A DNA stretch of 64,000 bases from Azolla caroliniana. Its lineage: Eukaryota > Plantae > Polypodiophyta. A program made the position numbers and the translations under genes. The notes beneath the pieces were generated by a model that was not told where the DNA came from, did no database searches, and saw only the letters and a program-made list of their open reading frames with translations. The stretch is taken from NCBI GenBank assembly GCA_043228905.1, contig JBHGNT010000012.1:2666001-2730000 (forward strand), written 5' to 3'. Shown here piece by piece: positions 61,309-64,000 of this stretch (positions within the stretch are counted from its first letter, which is position 1; every line of letters begins with the position of its first letter).

Positions 61309-62824
61309 TTATCATAACTGTCTGTCTATAAATATATTGCTGATTTTCGTCTCCACATTTTTCATTGTCATTACATACACTATATGTATATTTCTAAGGT
61401 CTCTTTTGTTTTTTGGCAGAAATGGTGGGGTCTTTACCAAAGAAAGTAGCACTCAGAAAAAAAAAGAAAAACCTTAATCCCTTCAAAACACTCAGACACA
61501 GACAAATCATATATGTATATGTACACATACACAGAAGAAACAGATTCCGCACAAATACAGACACAGACAGACACAGACTCCTAGGATCGATCTATGGTTA
61601 AATTTATGATTCTTATAAATAAATAAAACAAAATTTAAAGAATAAACCCCCCTCATCTTCTCTCCTCTGATTTCTACGCAGGCAATAGCGCAACATAGGT
61701 AGGCAGGCTAATTGATCCGTGATTAAACTACACACACACAAAAACCCTACGATTGAATCGAACGCATTTACTTATATATATATATATATATATATATGTG
61801 ATTAGATTCATCATATGGGGGCCTATATCCTAATCCCGTGATTGATTGATTGATTGATTGACTGACTGGACTCATTAATTGACAGAAAGACAGAGAGAAA
61901 CATATCGGTTCTTCCGATCCGTAAGAAGATCAATATATGTATATGTATATATATCGATTATATAAATGTAGATATACATACATATACATATACATATATA
62001 CATATGTGCAGCGCGAATCTATGTCCGTATCTCTTTTCTAAAACCCTAAAATTAATTGATTTTAATTATCTTGTTATATGTATATACCATATATAATTAG
62101 ATACCCACATATTTGAAACCAGATTAATTCTAATTACATACATGCATACATACATACATACATGGATGCATGCATACATACATACATACATACATACATA
62201 CATACCTACATACATACATACATACATATTGATATAATATACAGGTAGAGAAAGCTAGTAAGGATCATGATTCATGGGCCATGGCAATCTATCATACATA
62301 CACATACATACATACATACCTACATGCATGCATACACATACATATTGATATAATATACAGGTTAGAGAAAGCTAGTAAGGATCTTGATTCATGGGCCATG
62401 GCAATCTATCTCTTATCTCACTTGCATGTGTTAGTAGTATGTAGTTGTGATTATAAAGAAATTTGTAATAACCTTGTGCAGACAAAAGAGGAAGGTATAA
62501 TAAAGGAAGGGAGGGTCTAAGCTATATAGACTAGGCCTAGACCTACCTAGTAGAGACTAGAGATCAGAGAAGAGGAGACTGAGAGGTTAAGAGTGTCAAG
62601 CTACATCATTATGTATTTACATCTACTATGTAGCATAGATTACTCGAGACTTTTTTGTGATAATCGATATTTAATCTACATACACTATTATTGTCTCAAA
62701 TCCCTCCCTTGACATTTGCATCCTTTTTTCACCAATTCTTCATGATATGTTAAGTTTTAACATGCACATGCACACACACCATGCTCGCTTGTAACAAACG
62801 TGTGTAGGTTTCTCCATAGCGCAT

Positions 62825-63047
62825 CCATGCCATTACCATAGGGCGCCATCGTTATAACAAACATTTTTAGGCTTCCTAGGGCCATTGCCATTAGGTGGTG
62901 GTGTGGTTATTTTCCTCAGTTGACGATAATATGTACATGCCATTACCATAGGGCGCCATCGTTATAACAAACATTTTTAGGCTTCATGGGGCCATTGCCA
63001 TTAGGTGGTGGTGTGGTTATTTTCCTCAGTCGACGATAATATGTATA
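62825..63047. repeat. Tandem duplication of ~112 bp
   Basis: CATGCCATTACCATAGGGCGCCATCG...GACGATAATATGTA present twice. Confidence 0.9.
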
Positions 63048-63395
63048 TGCACATTGATTTAGCAAGAGAGCGAATATGTAATGCTATTCTTCTATTGCAC
63101 ATATATGATAAAGCACACCCATGAGCTTTTCTCCAAACTGTTGTACAACCCACATGCTCTTTGTTACGACCTTATTGGTAAAGATCACATAGTGTTGAAT
63201 TTGCCGCCATACTTAAAAAACAATTCACGCATGCAAAGGACGAATTTGCACAAATGGCGAAGTAGTAGCTTGTGTAAACCGTACATGTAATACATGACCA
63301 TGAATCAGTGGACAAACTACAAAATAAAACATAATATGAGTTGTGATGGGGAAGTGGAATCAAGTCAACAAAACTATTGACACTTGGATATTCTT

Positions 63396-63681
63396 TTTTT
63401 TTTTTCCAAAAAAAAAAACTCCTTCCATTAGTTATAACTTATAAAATTTTACAAATGAGTCAATTATGTACAAATCCATGTAAGGACGCGATAGTTCCAT
63501 CTTATGTGGATGCCCACTGACTCAAGAAAGGGAGAGGACGGCCATTGTTGGATGAAGGCTATTCGTTGTCTTTCAACTCCATTTGAGCCGCCCTTAAGGC
63601 CATCATATTGACTCTTCAGAGTGGCTACAATTTCACTCCATATCTCTTGCAGTAACCTTTTTGGATGTGCGGTTTGGTTGG
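63396..63681 (-). mobile_element. Severely 5'-truncated retroposed insertion, probably an L1-type LINE 3' end
   Basis: 17-bp TSD GACACTTGGATATTCTT (63379-63395, 63682-63698); poly(T) at the left end, which is a minus-strand poly(A); Trp-rich ORF end (IWSEIVATLKSQYD...FIQQW...IRWNY). Confidence 0.8.
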
Positions 63682-63939
63682 GACACTTGGATATTCTTGA
63701 ATTTGACAATGCAATCAAGTCCTAATACAAATTAAAGATGGTTAGGTTCTTCCTTAAAAACTCATGTTAGGATTGTACTCCTAGGTGGACGATCCTCTAC
63801 TTGTCACTACCCTTTAGTGCCTCAATATTGGTACATCAAGACCCCTAACTATTCAATACACAATCTTTGCACCAAGATCAGACCATCAATATGTGATGAT
63901 TCCTAAGAACTTAGAAACCAACCTTAATTCATGGGCATT

Positions 63940-63970
<31 letters not shown>

Positions 63971-64000
63971 TTCCAAAAGAGGTACTACATTAGTATTAAC

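Overview
Plant nuclear DNA, most likely from a seed-free vascular plant such as a fern. This is an inference from the retroelement lineages (Tcn1/Tf1-type chromoviruses, a fungal-like non-chromovirus Ty3, an RTEX-type LINE). Bases 1-40156 are one deeply nested transposon island. Terminal repeats, target-site duplications (TSDs) and rejoined reading frames resolve it into up to seven levels: LTR element E3 > copia-type E2 > copia E1 > chromovirus A > 16.9-kb hAT > LINE > solo LTR. A side branch runs E1 > Ty3 element G > (Tork-like copia, Pack-MULE, hAT MITE). Two host-gene pieces ride inside DNA transposons: an intronless ALBA pseudogene in the hAT and a PB1-domain fragment in a MULE. Bases 42590-50037 (minus strand) hold the only intact host gene, a 5-exon class I KNOX homeobox gene of about 686 aa with long Asn/His/Asp tracts and minisatellite-filled introns. 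About 14 kb of upstream DNA follows, with no recognisable LTR element. The most notable signals are tRNA-like Pol III A/B-box modules in antisense in the U3 of two unrelated Ty3 LTR families, a self-priming chromovirus with a TSS-spanning palindrome, a -1 frameshift pseudoknot after the protease, and a copia Pol with a ~180-aa C-terminal extension. All coordinates were read by eye and no database searches were run.
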